NCBI GenBank assembly: GCA_963803435.1
Contig: CAWDML010000006.1
Span: forward strand, 192,001-256,000
Direction of reading: 5' to 3'
DNA: 64,000 nucleotides
Source: an uncultured delta proteobacterium
GTDB lineage: Bacteria > Myxococcota > Kuafuiibacteriia > Kuafuiibacteriales > Kuafuiibacteriaceae
In this document: piece after piece, positions 20,123 to 30,500 of the stretch
Numbering within the stretch: position 1 is the stretch's first letter
How the letters are laid out: each line of letters starts with the position of its first letter
Made by a program: the position numbers and the translations under genes
Notes under the pieces: generated by a model
What the model was told of the DNA's origin: nothing
The model's input: only the letters and a program-made list of their open reading frames with translations
Databases searched by the model: none

Positions 20123-21457
20123 CTAGGAGCTGCCTACTCTCCTCCTCCGCAGCTGGATCAGCACGTGTGCGCCGAGCAGCCCCATCAGCCCTGCGTAGAT
20201 CCCTTCGGTGATGTCGTAGGTGCGGTCGACGATCAGAAGCTGGAGCACCTCCAACACCTCGGCCCACAGAAGACAGACCACGAAGCCGAAGCGGGGCGAG
20301 CGGCCCATGGCGTGGAGCGCGTATCCCAGAGGCAGATAGATCGCAGCCGCCTCGAATACGTTGCGGAAGGTGGAGACGTTGACGTTTCGGAAGAGCTCGA
20401 AGAACGGGACGAAGCTCCACACCGTGACGCGACGGATGCCCTCGGAGAGGTCGTCGTACATGATGAACGGCTGGAGCGCGCGGCACAGCGGGGCCGCCAC
20501 CGCGAACCCGATCACCAGCAGCGGCGCGCGACGGGTGAGCTCTCCCAGCTCGCGGGCGGGACGGATCGGGCCGGCCTTCGCCACGCCCACCGCGAGCGCT
20601 CCGCCCAGGAAGGCGGAGAGGATGCCGACCACCATGTCCTGCACGCCCGGGCTATGACCGACGATCACCATCTGTCCCATCTCGAGACCGATCGCGAGGA
20701 GGGAGGCCGAGGCGATCGCCAACGCCGCCGCCATCGGTGATCCGATGGGTTGCGCGAAGCGTGGGAACCAAGGCTGCCGGCCGAGAAACCCCGGGAGCTC
20801 GAACGTGGCCAGGAACGTGAGCGCTGCGAACAGCAGCCCGTCCGTGAACAGGGCTCCGACCGGCTTCACGCCCCAGGGATCGTCGAGGAACAAGCGGACG
20901 TTGTGGCGAAGCAGGCCGATATCGAGCGTGGGGAGAAACGGCGCGAGGGAGCCCGCGGCGATCGCGACGAAGTAGAGGCCGAGGATGATCATACCAGGGC
21001 TCTCGCGGACGGTCCGGGTGAGAGCACGGTCGATGCGCTCCCGGAGGATCACAACGTAGATCGCGGCGGTCGCCGCGCCCGCGAGCGCGCCGGCGAAGTT
21101 GGTGGCCAGATCGGTCGCCGACGGGATGCGCGTCGCGCTCATCGTCTGCAGGAGCTCGACGATCGCCGACAGCGACAGCCCGAGCAGCCCGATGAGCATC
21201 GAGCCAATCACGACGCCGCGCGCGCGGATCCGCTCGACCCCCAGAAAACCGAAGAACCCGAAGGGAAGGAACAGCACCACGTTCTGGACCATGTCCGGGA
21301 TCGACCAGATACGCTGGCGCTCGGTGTCCCAACCGGGCACCCAAGCGACGCGTGACAGCGAGGGCGGATTCGAGAGGTCCCAGGGGATGGTGGTCGCGTA
21401 GAAGATGAACAGGGCGCAGAGCACGAAGAAGGTCCTCGCGTTGAACAGGCGCGACAC
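20123..21457 (-). CDS. VanZ-family multi-pass membrane protein (repeated VanZ-like units)
   Basis: NVVLFLPFGF, SAIVELLQ, DLATNFAGALAG; second unit EVLEVLQ. Confidence 0.8.
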   Translation of the reverse strand: MSRLFNARTFFVLCALFIFYATTIPWDLSNPPSLSRVAWVPGWDTERQRIWSIPDMVQNVVLFLPFGFFGFLGVERIRARGVVIGSMLIGLLGLSLSAIVELLQTMSATRIPSATDLATNFAGALAGAATAAIYVVILRERIDRALTRTVRESPGMIILGLYFVAIAAGSLAPFLPTLDIGLLRHNVRLFLDDPWGVKPVGALFTDGLLFAALTFLATFELPGFLGRQPWFPRFAQPIGSPMAAALAIASASLLAIGLEMGQMVIVGHSPGVQDMVVGILSAFLGGALAVGVAKAGPIRPARELGELTRRAPLLVIGFAVAAPLCRALQPFIMYDDLSEGIRRVTVWSFVPFFELFRNVNVSTFRNVFEAAAIYLPLGYALHAMGRSPRFGFVVCLLWAEVLEVLQLLIVDRTYDITEGIYAGLMGLLGAHVLIQLRRRRVGSS

Positions 21458-21458
21458 G

Positions 21459-23234
21459 CTACCTCCGTCTCCTCTGCCTCGAGATCAGGATCCAGATCCC
21501 CAGCACCGCCACGCCGATGACGACCCGGAACAGGATCTGCGACCGCTTTCCCTCGAACTGCGGCCCGTGCTCGAACCGGACCTTCTCGAGCGGCAGCGGC
21601 TCCTCCTTCCCGATCAGCCGGTCCAGGATGGCCGCGCGCGCCCGCTCGTAGGTCACCGGATCCTGCGGCCAGACCCCGAAGCCCTCCAGGGGCACCTCGT
21701 CGCCGAGCGCCCGCGGGACCATCTGCTCCACGATCTGTCGTGCGGTGGTGGGATCGACCTCCTCGAGGCGCGACAGGAGCGCCGCGTCCTGAGCCCCGCG
21801 ACGGAGCATCTTCAGCCGCATGGAGGCGATCGGCCGATCGAACGCGGCCCCGACCTCCTCGCCGCGATAGATCAGCGTTCCGTCGAGGTTGAGCCGACCC
21901 TCGCCGGCGTTGTCGACCTCCCAGTTGAGCATGCCGTCGAGCCGATAGCGCGCCGCGATCCAGCCCCACGCCCGCAGACCCGGGAGCGGCCCGTCGATCA
22001 CCGTGGGCGGGATCGCCGGCTCCCCGCTGGTGTTCGAGCAATACACGCTGACCTTCTCGCCGTAGACCTTCCGGCGGCGCTCGAGCAGCCCCCAAGGGAT
22101 CGTGTAGGGGGCGCCGTGGACGTTCCAGAGATCCACCACCGCGCCCAGCTCCTCCGCCATGCGCTGATCGGACCAGCCTTCGATCGGCTGGCCGAAGTTA
22201 CCGTCCACGCGAAAGAGGACGTGGCTGCGATCGGCCAGCTGCGCGTCGGCGATCTTCTTGTCGTAGGCGATCAGCGCCTCCAGCTGCTCGGCGCGCTTCG
22301 GCTCGTCCAGGCTGTTCACGAAGAGCACCCACTCGGTCGCGTTCTTCCGGTCGAACCAGCCGCGGCTCTTCGCGAACTGCTCCCACTCGCCGAGCGACCG
22401 CGACCACTCGGCCTGATCCGGCGGCCACCAGTCCGTCTGGGGCAGGACGAAGCGCGTCACCGGCTGGTCGGCGCGCGGCCCACGATAGCCGTAGTCCGCG
22501 CTGAAGGCCGAGCCGTCGACGTACGGCTCGACGTGCTCGGCCCAACCCTCCCAGTGGATCGCGCCGCTCCCGAGGATCTGCGGGACGACGCGCATCAGCT
22601 CGATCGTCAGCTCGTGGGCGTGCCCCATCTGCATCCACTCCAGCTCGAGCGCGCGGTCCTTGCGCCCGCGCTCCAGGATCGAGCCGAAGTTGACCGCGCC
22701 GATCTTGGCCACGTCGCGCGTGGGCAGGCGGACGTCGAGCACCTCGACCTCCACCGGGATCGTCTGGTCGCCGACGTGGATCTCGGTTCTCTGGAGGCCC
22801 GGCGACAGATCCGGCGGCACGAACACGTCGACCCAGACCACCGCGCGGCCGTGCGAGAGCGAGATCGTCGAGGTCGGGATCAACGGATCCGGATAGAGGC
22901 CCGGTCCGAGGCTGTGCACCTGGGCGGTCTTGGAGGGGCGGTCGATCGGGATGCCGGCCTCTCTGAACAAGTCGACCGAGAGGGAGGATTCGGCGGCCGA
23001 GATCGGGAGCGTGCCCAGGTCGTCGGAGCCTTTCACGAGGAGCTGGAAGGAGAGAACCTCGTCGCGGGCGGCGCGAAGCCGGATCGGGATCGTCAACCTG
23101 ACTTGCAACAGATCCGAGGGCGCACCGCCGCGCTGGGCGAGCAGCCACCGGCCGTCCGCCAGATCGAACCGCACCATCTCGTGGTAGGCCTCGACGGTCG
23201 GGGAGGCCGCGAAGAGCAAGAGCGGTAGAATCAC
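21459..23234 (-). CDS. DUF4091 / GH123-like secreted protein with C-terminal membrane anchor
   Basis: Signal peptide; DEP motif; GWIAARYRLDGMLNW, DGTLIYRG, SMRLKMLRRGAQD; TM helix plus RQRRRR tail. Confidence 0.7.
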   Translation of the reverse strand: MILPLLLFAASPTVEAYHEMVRFDLADGRWLLAQRGGAPSDLLQVRLTIPIRLRAARDEVLSFQLLVKGSDDLGTLPISAAESSLSVDLFREAGIPIDRPSKTAQVHSLGPGLYPDPLIPTSTISLSHGRAVVWVDVFVPPDLSPGLQRTEIHVGDQTIPVEVEVLDVRLPTRDVAKIGAVNFGSILERGRKDRALELEWMQMGHAHELTIELMRVVPQILGSGAIHWEGWAEHVEPYVDGSAFSADYGYRGPRADQPVTRFVLPQTDWWPPDQAEWSRSLGEWEQFAKSRGWFDRKNATEWVLFVNSLDEPKRAEQLEALIAYDKKIADAQLADRSHVLFRVDGNFGQPIEGWSDQRMAEELGAVVDLWNVHGAPYTIPWGLLERRRKVYGEKVSVYCSNTSGEPAIPPTVIDGPLPGLRAWGWIAARYRLDGMLNWEVDNAGEGRLNLDGTLIYRGEEVGAAFDRPIASMRLKMLRRGAQDAALLSRLEEVDPTTARQIVEQMVPRALGDEVPLEGFGVWPQDPVTYERARAAILDRLIGKEEPLPLEKVRFEHGPQFEGKRSQILFRVVIGVAVLGIWILISRQRRRR

Positions 23235-23247
23235 AGCGCCTCCGCCC

Positions 23248-25176
23248 TCAAACGCGTGTGGTGCTGGAGATCGGCGAGGTGTTCGCGAGATCGATGTCGA
23301 GGTCGAGGCCGTCGCGCGTCGGTGGACCGTAGCGCGGGGGTGGTCGCATGTCCTCGAGCTCCGACGGCTTCAGCCAGTCGAGGCGAGCGGCCGTAGTCTT
23401 CGCGATCTCGTACGCGAGCGGGCCGGCGACGAAGTGCCAGTAGAGATAGTCGTACCAATGGAACGAGTTGAAGGTGAGCACGATGGCGCTCGAAATGGAT
23501 CCGGCCTCCAGCCCCAGACAGATGGCCGTGAACCACTCCCATCCCGGATAACCGCGCATCCTCCGGCGGGCTCGATGGTAGCAGACGATCGAGTAGAAGA
23601 ACGCGCCGGCCCAGACCGCCGTCCCGATCAAACCGTACTCGGCCAGCAGCTGCAGCCAAGAGTTGTGGGTCTGGAGACCGCGCTGACCTCGATAGGCGTC
23701 CACGAAGTCCGTCTCCACCGCGGAGACCTTCGGATAGTTCATCGGCCCGATCCCGGTGACCGGATGCTGTTCCCACAGCTTGATGGCCAGCCCCCACAGC
23801 ACGATGCGTTCGTGTTTCGACGGCTCGATTGCGTTGACGACCCAAGGGTTCGTGTCCTTCTGCCCGGTGATGGTGCCCATACGTTCCCAGAACTCGTCGG
23901 GCGCCACCACCAGAAAACAGGCACCCGCCACGAAGCACAGACCGAGCGCGATGAGCTTGCGGTTGGTCATCGCGATCCAGTAGCCAACGCCGGCAAAGAG
24001 CGCGAGGAGACCGGCGCGCGAGCCGGAGGCCAGCACGCCGAGGACGTAGCATCCGGCGGTGCCGAGCGCGGCCAGCCGCCACTTCGGATCCTTGAGGTTG
24101 AGCGCGAAGCCGAAGGCGACCGGACAGACAGCGACGATGATCGCCGCCAGAAAGTTGGCCTCGCCGCCCTGACCTCCGGCGCTGTCGGCGCGTCCGCCGA
24201 AGGAGAGCCAGTACCAGACGCCGTTCATGCAGATGTGCCAGGTGCCGAACATCCACGCCAGCGTGAGCAGGAAGAAGTGGCGCGGGTTCCGGATCGAGAA
24301 CGTGATCGCGATGATGTTGGGTAGCAACAAGAGCGCGATCTGAACGCGCTCCATGCCGACGCTCGTGTCGTAGATCGCGTTGGTCGCGCCGACGTACGTC
24401 AAGATTGTGAAGAGGAGGTGCGCGTAGAACCCCGGATTGGTGAAGAGGCCGCCGATGGGCCCCTTCGGAATGGGAATGCCGAGGGGCCCCAGGCCGGCGT
24501 TCCGCTCGACCCGCTCGGGATCCTTCTCGAACGTCTCGACCACGCGCACGACGCCGTCGCGGACGTTCTGATCGAGCGCCTTGGTGATGGCAGCGTCGAC
24601 CAGCGCGGGAACGGTCGCCTGCATCGCGGCGTGGAGCTGGCCGCGGGGCTTTCCGGCCTGCGCGTCCTGGACCGCCACCACCTCGCGCTCTCCGGCGTCC
24701 GCTCCGGCGGTGAGAGCGGCCTGCACTGCGCGGCGGACCGCCACGCTGATCGACGCGGGTGCGCGCCGCTCGACCAGCTCGATCGCGTCCTGCTCGCCGG
24801 CGACCACGCCGGCGTGGCGGATCTCCCCGCGCGGCCGGCCCTGGACGCCGGCGACGATCAGCGCGTCCGTGACCTTGGCCTTGACCAGCTGGATCGCCTC
24901 CTGCGCAACGGCCTGCCCGGCCTCGACGATCTCCTGCTGTCCCCATCGACCGAACATGCGGTAGTAGCGGAGCGCCCCGAGCATCGCGAGCGCGAAGAAC
25001 GCCGGCTGATATGGGAAGCCGGGCGCGTTGAACTCCTGGGGAGGGATGGCGAAGTAGAGATAGACCCCCGCGGCCGTGGCCCAGGCCGGGTCACGCAAGC
25101 CTTGATAGAGCGCGATCGGGAGCCCGACGAAGAAGATGACGAGCCAGCCGGCCGGCGGGATCATCATCGGGTCCAT
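23248..25176 (-). CDS. O-antigen ligase / Wzy_C family protein with a large soluble insertion
   Basis: SGSRAGLLAL, ERIVLW, HPVTGIGPMNY, THNSWLQLLAEYGLIG. Confidence 0.85.
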   Translation of the reverse strand: MDPMMIPPAGWLVIFFVGLPIALYQGLRDPAWATAAGVYLYFAIPPQEFNAPGFPYQPAFFALAMLGALRYYRMFGRWGQQEIVEAGQAVAQEAIQLVKAKVTDALIVAGVQGRPRGEIRHAGVVAGEQDAIELVERRAPASISVAVRRAVQAALTAGADAGEREVVAVQDAQAGKPRGQLHAAMQATVPALVDAAITKALDQNVRDGVVRVVETFEKDPERVERNAGLGPLGIPIPKGPIGGLFTNPGFYAHLLFTILTYVGATNAIYDTSVGMERVQIALLLLPNIIAITFSIRNPRHFFLLTLAWMFGTWHICMNGVWYWLSFGGRADSAGGQGGEANFLAAIIVAVCPVAFGFALNLKDPKWRLAALGTAGCYVLGVLASGSRAGLLALFAGVGYWIAMTNRKLIALGLCFVAGACFLVVAPDEFWERMGTITGQKDTNPWVVNAIEPSKHERIVLWGLAIKLWEQHPVTGIGPMNYPKVSAVETDFVDAYRGQRGLQTHNSWLQLLAEYGLIGTAVWAGAFFYSIVCYHRARRRMRGYPGWEWFTAICLGLEAGSISSAIVLTFNSFHWYDYLYWHFVAGPLAYEIAKTTAARLDWLKPSELEDMRPPPRYGPPTRDGLDLDIDLANTSPISSTTRV

Positions 25177-25203
25177 CGGGCGGGCATGTTACCAGAAGAA
25201 GAC

Positions 25204-25902
25204 GTGATCGAGCTGGTGTACTTCGACGTTGGCGGCACATTGATTGACCCGAGCCCGTCGGTCGGCGCGGTCTATGCCTGTGCCGGCCGGCCCCACGGCC
25301 TGGCCGCCCCGCCGGAGGAATTGCAAGCCGCCTTTCGAAAGCTGTGGAGCGCGCGCACCGCGCCGGGCGCCGACTCGATCTTCACCATGGGTCACGATCG
25401 AGAGACCACGCACGCCTGGTGGCGCGCGCTCGTGTTCGACCTGCTCGACGCCGTCGGCTTCTCCGGTGATCGCGAGGCCTGCTATCAGAGCTTCTTCACC
25501 GCCTTCGAACGGCCCGAGAGCTGGCGGGTCTACGACGACGTGATCCCGACCCTGGAGGCGCTCCGCCGCCGTGGGATCGGTCGCGGCATCATCTCCAACT
25601 GGGACTATCGCCTGCCGCCGCTGCTCGAGCGGCTCGACCTCGCACGCTGGTTCGATCCGATCCTGGTCTCCGCCTTCGAGGGCCTCGCCAAGCCGGACGT
25701 CGAGATCTACCGGCGAGGCGCCGAGCGGGCGAAGCTCGTGCCCGAGCGCATCCTGGTCGTCGGCGATCGCGCGGACCTGGACGTCTACCCGGCTCGGGCG
25801 GCCGGGCTTCGGGCGCTCCTGATCGACCGCACGGGCGAGGGCGATCCGGCGTCGGCCATCCGCTCGCTGACCGAGCTGGTCGACCGGGAGGACGACCCGT
25901 AG
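25204..25902 (+). CDS. HAD-superfamily hydrolase (subfamily IA, REG-2-like)
   Basis: FDVGGTL, IISNWD, KPD, VGDRADLD. Start is GTG 25204 or ATG 25186. Confidence 0.9.
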   Translation: MIELVYFDVGGTLIDPSPSVGAVYACAGRPHGLAAPPEELQAAFRKLWSARTAPGADSIFTMGHDRETTHAWWRALVFDLLDAVGFSGDREACYQSFFTAFERPESWRVYDDVIPTLEALRRRGIGRGIISNWDYRLPPLLERLDLARWFDPILVSAFEGLAKPDVEIYRRGAERAKLVPERILVVGDRADLDVYPARAAGLRALLIDRTGEGDPASAIRSLTELVDREDDP

Positions 25903-25921
25903 ACTCGTTTCATCCGCGCCG

Positions 25922-25949
25922 TGAAAGGATCGGGGCCGCTCACGTCACC
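25922..25949 (+). promoter_or_regulatory. Candidate ECF sigma promoter TGAAAGGATC-N11-CGTCACC (autoregulatory copy)
   Basis: Identical boxes and spacing recur at 27315-27342. Confidence 0.7.
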
Positions 25950-25956
25950 AGGGCTC

Positions 25957-26493
25957 GTGCCGAGTGCATCTGGGGTCGCCGCCGTGGCGGAACCGCTGGA
26001 TCTCGCCGAGATCTATCGCGCGTACGGCCCGGCGGTGGCGCGCTGGGCCGCTCGGCTGGGCGGGCCCGAGGCCGAGATTGAAGATCTGGTGCACGAGGTC
26101 TTCATGGTGGTGGACAGAAAGCTCGGCGGCTTCCGCGGCGAGGCCGCGCTGAGCACGTGGCTCTACCGGATCACCGAGAACGTGGTCCGCCATCAGCGGC
26201 GGAAGAACCGGCTGTTCGCCTGGCTCCTCGGCGACGACGCCACGGCGCACCAGCCGGCTGAGACCCCGGGGCCCGACGAGGCGCTCGAGCGCAAACGCTC
26301 GGTCGAGCAGCTGTACCGCGTCCTCGATCGGATCGGCGAGAAGTACCGAATCGCGCTGATCCTCCACGAGATCGAAGGCCTGAGCGGGCCCGAGATCGCC
26401 GAGCTGCGCGGCATCAAGGTGTCGACCGTCTGGGTGCACCTTCACCGGGCCCGCGCGATCTTTCTCGCCGAGCTGGAGAAGGAGATCGGGTGA
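25957..26493 (+). CDS. ECF RNA polymerase sigma factor
   Basis: EDLVHEVF, FRGEAALSTWLYRI, HEIEGLSGPEIAE, TVWVHLHRAR. Start placed at GTG 25957, downstream of the promoter motif (GTG 25984 also possible). Confidence 0.9.
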   Translation: MPSASGVAAVAEPLDLAEIYRAYGPAVARWAARLGGPEAEIEDLVHEVFMVVDRKLGGFRGEAALSTWLYRITENVVRHQRRKNRLFAWLLGDDATAHQPAETPGPDEALERKRSVEQLYRVLDRIGEKYRIALILHEIEGLSGPEIAELRGIKVSTVWVHLHRARAIFLAELEKEIG

Positions 26494-27317
26494 TGACGGA
26501 GCGAAAGGACGAGCTCGAAGCGCAGGCGGCGGCGATGTTCGCGGAGGCCCGCCGCTTTAGCCCGGTCGACCGCGGGCTGCTCGACCGCGTCGCGATGCGC
26601 ATGGAGCCACACGCCCGCCGGCGCTCGCTGCTGCTCCCATCGGCGGTGATCGCGGCGGTGGTGATCGCGATGGTGGTCCTGTCGTCCGCACCGCTGGGCC
26701 CGTGGGTAAGAAGAGCGAGCAGCGAGCCCCAGCGAGCGGAGTCGGGAGCGACGGCTTCGCCCGAGCGGGCCCCGCGGACGCTGGCCTCGGCCCCGCGACG
26801 GACGCCGCAGCGGATCGTCTCGCGCGCGATCGCTCCCGGGCCGCCGGTGGAGGTGCGGGCGCCGGTGCCGCCGCTCCCGCCGGCGCCGCCGCTCCCGCCG
26901 CTCCCGCCGCTCCCGCCGCCGGCGCCCCTGGCCCCGCTGCCCCCGCTCCCGCCGCTCCCGCCGCTCCCGCCTTCGCCGCCCCGGCTGGAGAGACCCGCGC
27001 CGCTCCCGAGACCCCGCTATCTCCCCCGGGCGATCGCGGAGTTTCAACAGGTCGACTGGGGGGAGCTGGAGGCCCACGGCGAGCTCCCGGCGTACGTCCA
27101 ATCGATCATCGCCCGGCGCGATCGCGGGGCGCTCCTGGCGGCGCTCGATCGCCTCGAGGTCGATCCCGAGCTTCGCCTGGTCCGCGGCGAGCTCCGCGCC
27201 GGAGCATCGCGCTGCCCGGACGCCATCAGCGACTTCGACGCCGTCCTCGACGACGACGCGGTTCGTGAGCTCCACGCGCGGGCGGCCTCCGGCCGGGACC
27301 ACTGCGAGCCCCGCTGA
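26490..27317 (+). CDS. Putative anti-sigma factor (TM helix, Pro-rich linker, TPR-like C-terminus)
   Basis: Overlaps the sigma stop codon; single TM AVIAAVVIAMVVL; PPL repeats; RGELRAGASRCPDAISDF. Confidence 0.65.
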   Translation: MMTERKDELEAQAAAMFAEARRFSPVDRGLLDRVAMRMEPHARRRSLLLPSAVIAAVVIAMVVLSSAPLGPWVRRASSEPQRAESGATASPERAPRTLASAPRRTPQRIVSRAIAPGPPVEVRAPVPPLPPAPPLPPLPPLPPPAPLAPLPPLPPLPPLPPSPPRLERPAPLPRPRYLPRAIAEFQQVDWGELEAHGELPAYVQSIIARRDRGALLAALDRLEVDPELRLVRGELRAGASRCPDAISDFDAVLDDDAVRELHARAASGRDHCEPR

Positions 27318-27342
27318 AAGGATCCGGTCGGGATCCGTCACC
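27315..27342 (+). promoter_or_regulatory. Candidate ECF sigma promoter TGAAAGGATC-N11-CGTCACC before cglF
   Basis: 17/17 identity of the two boxes with 25922-25949; 8 nt before ATG 27351. Confidence 0.7.
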
Positions 27343-27350
27343 GAGGGAGC

Positions 27351-27593
27351 ATGTTCGTCGCGATTGCAACTCAACTTGCGTTTATGTTGACCTTGTCGGC
27401 TCAGGCCCGCCCGGATCGAACGGTGACAGCGCGGCGGACCGTCATCGAGTTCTCCGAGGTCGAGATCAACGGCCGCATCGTGGGGCCGGAGACGACCCTC
27501 ATCCAGAGTCGGGGCCGGACCCGCTTCCTGCCGTTGCTCCGCGTGCGGAAGGACTTCCTGCCCGAGCTGGTCCGCTCGGTCGAGCGCCTCTGA
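27351..27593 (+). CDS. cglF: CglF/GltF-like small gliding-motility protein
   Basis: Signal peptide, then RRTVIEFSEVEINGRIVGPE...RTRFLPLLRVRKDFLPELVRSVERL, matching the CglF pattern (TVIDF..V.VEG...PE...F..LI.VR.NF.PEL.KS...L) as I recall it. Confidence 0.72.
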   Translation: MFVAIATQLAFMLTLSAQARPDRTVTARRTVIEFSEVEINGRIVGPETTLIQSRGRTRFLPLLRVRKDFLPELVRSVERL

Positions 27594-30500
27594 CTACAAG
27601 CGCGCCGACTTCGAGGTCTCGGGCTTGGGGACGTCGAGCACGATCTCCTCGTTGTAGAAGCGGATCATCTCCTCCGCCTTCTCGCGGTGCGCGAGATACT
27701 GATCCACCGGGATACGCTCGCACTTGGTGAAGAACCGCTGCTCCACCTTGATCTTCCCCCGCTCGGCGGACGACCGGCGCTCGAGCCGGAAGCACTTCGA
27801 GTCGATCGACGCGCTCTTCGGCAGGCGCAGGATCTTGGTCCCCTTGGGCAGCTCGATCTCCGAGGTCGACTCGAGCAGGTAGGGCGTCCCCAGCACCAGC
27901 GGGAACCGGCGCTCGGCCAGCTGGAACGAGGCCTCCGGGGACCAGACCGGAGGCACCTGGATGCGGAGCTTCTCCTCCTCGCGATGCGCGAACGAGGGCG
28001 CGGTCACCTTCACGGTGATCCGGGCCGGCTTCGAGAGATCCTCTACCTCGAGTACCTTCGGATCGGTGGCGGTCGCCCCCGGATAGGCGCGCGCCGCGTA
28101 GACCTGAAAGCCCTGTCGAAGGTGGTCCGCGTTCCTCGCCAGCTTGCGCACGCTGGCGGCGGTCGAGCCCACGGCCTCGACGTCGAAGGAGCCGTTCGCG
28201 CTGCCGTCATACTCCAGAGTGAACTGCGTCGTGACCGAGTATCGGTTGTGTTCGGCGCTCTGATACGGAATCTCGCGCCAGGTGTACTTCAGGGTCACCG
28301 GATCGAGCACGAGCGCGAACGCACCGGGGTCGTCGGCACGGAGCGTGCCGATGTCGAGCTCGTCGGCCGTCGGATCCCAGAACTGCCCCTCGGCGAGCCC
28401 CTCCTGCGCGGGCACGTACACGATCGCGTGATCGAACTGCTGCATCGGAACGTCCTTGCGAAGCGGGCCGCTCGGACGCGTACGCAGGATCGTGAAGTGG
28501 GCCTCGACGCCCGCCAGCTTGGCCAGCGTGATGAAGAGGACCGCCTTGTCCTTGCAATCGCCGTAGGCTCGCTTCACCACCACTGAGGCCGGGTGCGGTT
28601 TCACGCCGGCGATGTGGTCCTCGTAGTCCTGCTGGTACCGGATCTCCTCCATGAGGTAGCGCTGGGATCCGCTCGATCTTCTCCTCGGGCGTCGTCGCGC
28701 CGGCCACCAGCTTCATCGCCAGGTCCTTGACCTCGGCGCTCTCCTCGAACGCCTCCGAGAGCAGCGCCTTCTCCCACTCGAGGTACGCGTCCCAGCTCGG
28801 CACCGTCGAGACCAGCATGTTCATCGCGGTCTCGGAGAGCGTCGGCATGCCGGGCTCGGGGAGGAGCGGCGGGACGTCGCGCGCGCTCCACGAGAGACGC
28901 ATGTACTGGCCCTTCTGCTCCTCGGTCCGCTGGACGTCGCCCTGTACCCACTCATGGAACATCGTCCCCTTGTCGGCCCACACCACCCACTGGGACAGCT
29001 CGACCTGGTGCGCGAGCGTCTGGAACCACCACCCCCGCGCCACGTGCTTCGCGAGGTAGCCAACCGGACGAGCGTCGTGACGGTATTGCAGGACGATCGT
29101 GCTCCCGATCTTGAGGCCGCGGAAGCGCGCGACGTGCCCGCGAATGTTGGAGACCTGCGTGCGGGTACCGTCGGGATCGATCGCGTACGCATGGAGGATC
29201 CGGAGGCGGCCGCCGCCGGGCAGAGGCTCCTGCGTCAACTGATCGCGCCCCGACTGATTGAGCGCGTGGGAGACGTGCGTGACGAAGTTCGTGGTGCTGC
29301 CGTCAGAGTTGATCCGCGTGACCTCGTGATCGAGAAGATCGAGGACGTCGGCGCCCTGCACCGGCTTCACGTGCGCGCGCGACGCCACCGCCTTCTCCAG
29401 CGCGTCCTCGTCCGGCACCTCCTTCTCCCACGGCTCTAGCTTCTCGGGCGCCAGATACGACAGCCGATTCGCCAGCTTCTCGTCCTCCGGGTTCAGCATC
29501 AGCGCCGTTTTCCAGCGCTGGATCGCCGCCTCGCGATCTCCGCCCTGATACGCGATCCGGGCCAGCTCCGCGTACGGGGCCGACGCGTCCGGATCGATCG
29601 CCGAGGCCTGCTTCAGCGCCTCTTCGGCCCCGGCGCGATCGCCGCGACGGCGCCGCACCTCGGCCAGCCGGAACCAGGTCCAGGTCTGATCGGGCGCGCC
29701 CTTCACGAGCTGGAGGGCGAGCGCCTCGGCCTGCTCGAGCTCCTCGTTGCCGAGCGCGATCGTTTCGAGCTGAGAAATCGCGTTCTGATGCAGCGGCAGC
29801 TCGCGCAGGATCTCCTCGTAGATCCCGACTGCCTCCTTCTCGAAGCCGAGCCCGCGGCGGCACGCCGCCAGGTCCATGAGCACCGACTCCCAGCCGGGCC
29901 GCAGCTTCTCCGCATGTGCCAGCGCGGCACAGTGATCCTCGGGCCAGCCCTCGGCGTCGAACTGGCGCGCCAGCCGCGACCAGAGCTCCGGATTGTCGGG
30001 GTGCTTCTTCTGGACGTGCTCGAGCGACTCCCGGGCCTTTCGGGTCAGCCCCTCCTGCAACAGGAAGCGCGAGTGCTGGAAGATCAAGTATGGGAGCGCC
30101 TCACCGTCCTTCTCCGCCAGGTCGGCGAGCACGTCCGAGGTCCGCGACCGCTCGCCCTGATCCCAGGTCACCGCGATGAACGTATAGCGACCCACGATCG
30201 ACTTCGGGTGGTGCTGCACGAACGCGTCGCCGAGGGCGACAGCGTGCTGGGCGAGGCCGAGCAGCCGAGCCCAGTCGAGGCGGTGGAAGTCGCGCCGGGC
30301 GCCCGCCGCGATCTTCGCGGTCCGCAGGTCGAGGAGCTTCGAGGTCGGGATCGGTTTGTTCTTCGGCGCCCTCGGATCGATCGGCGCGTCCAGCTTCACC
30401 GGCTCCGTGGCCACCGGGTTGCCCTGGGGATCGGTGAGCCGCGCCATCAGCACCCAGCCACCTTCGTTCTGAGCGCTCTTCACGAGGACCCGGTTGGTCC

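Noticed and set aside
26865-26980. (CCGCCGCTC)n tandem repeats
   Set aside because: They encode the Pro-Pro-Leu linker of the anti-sigma-like protein; no separate element is evident.
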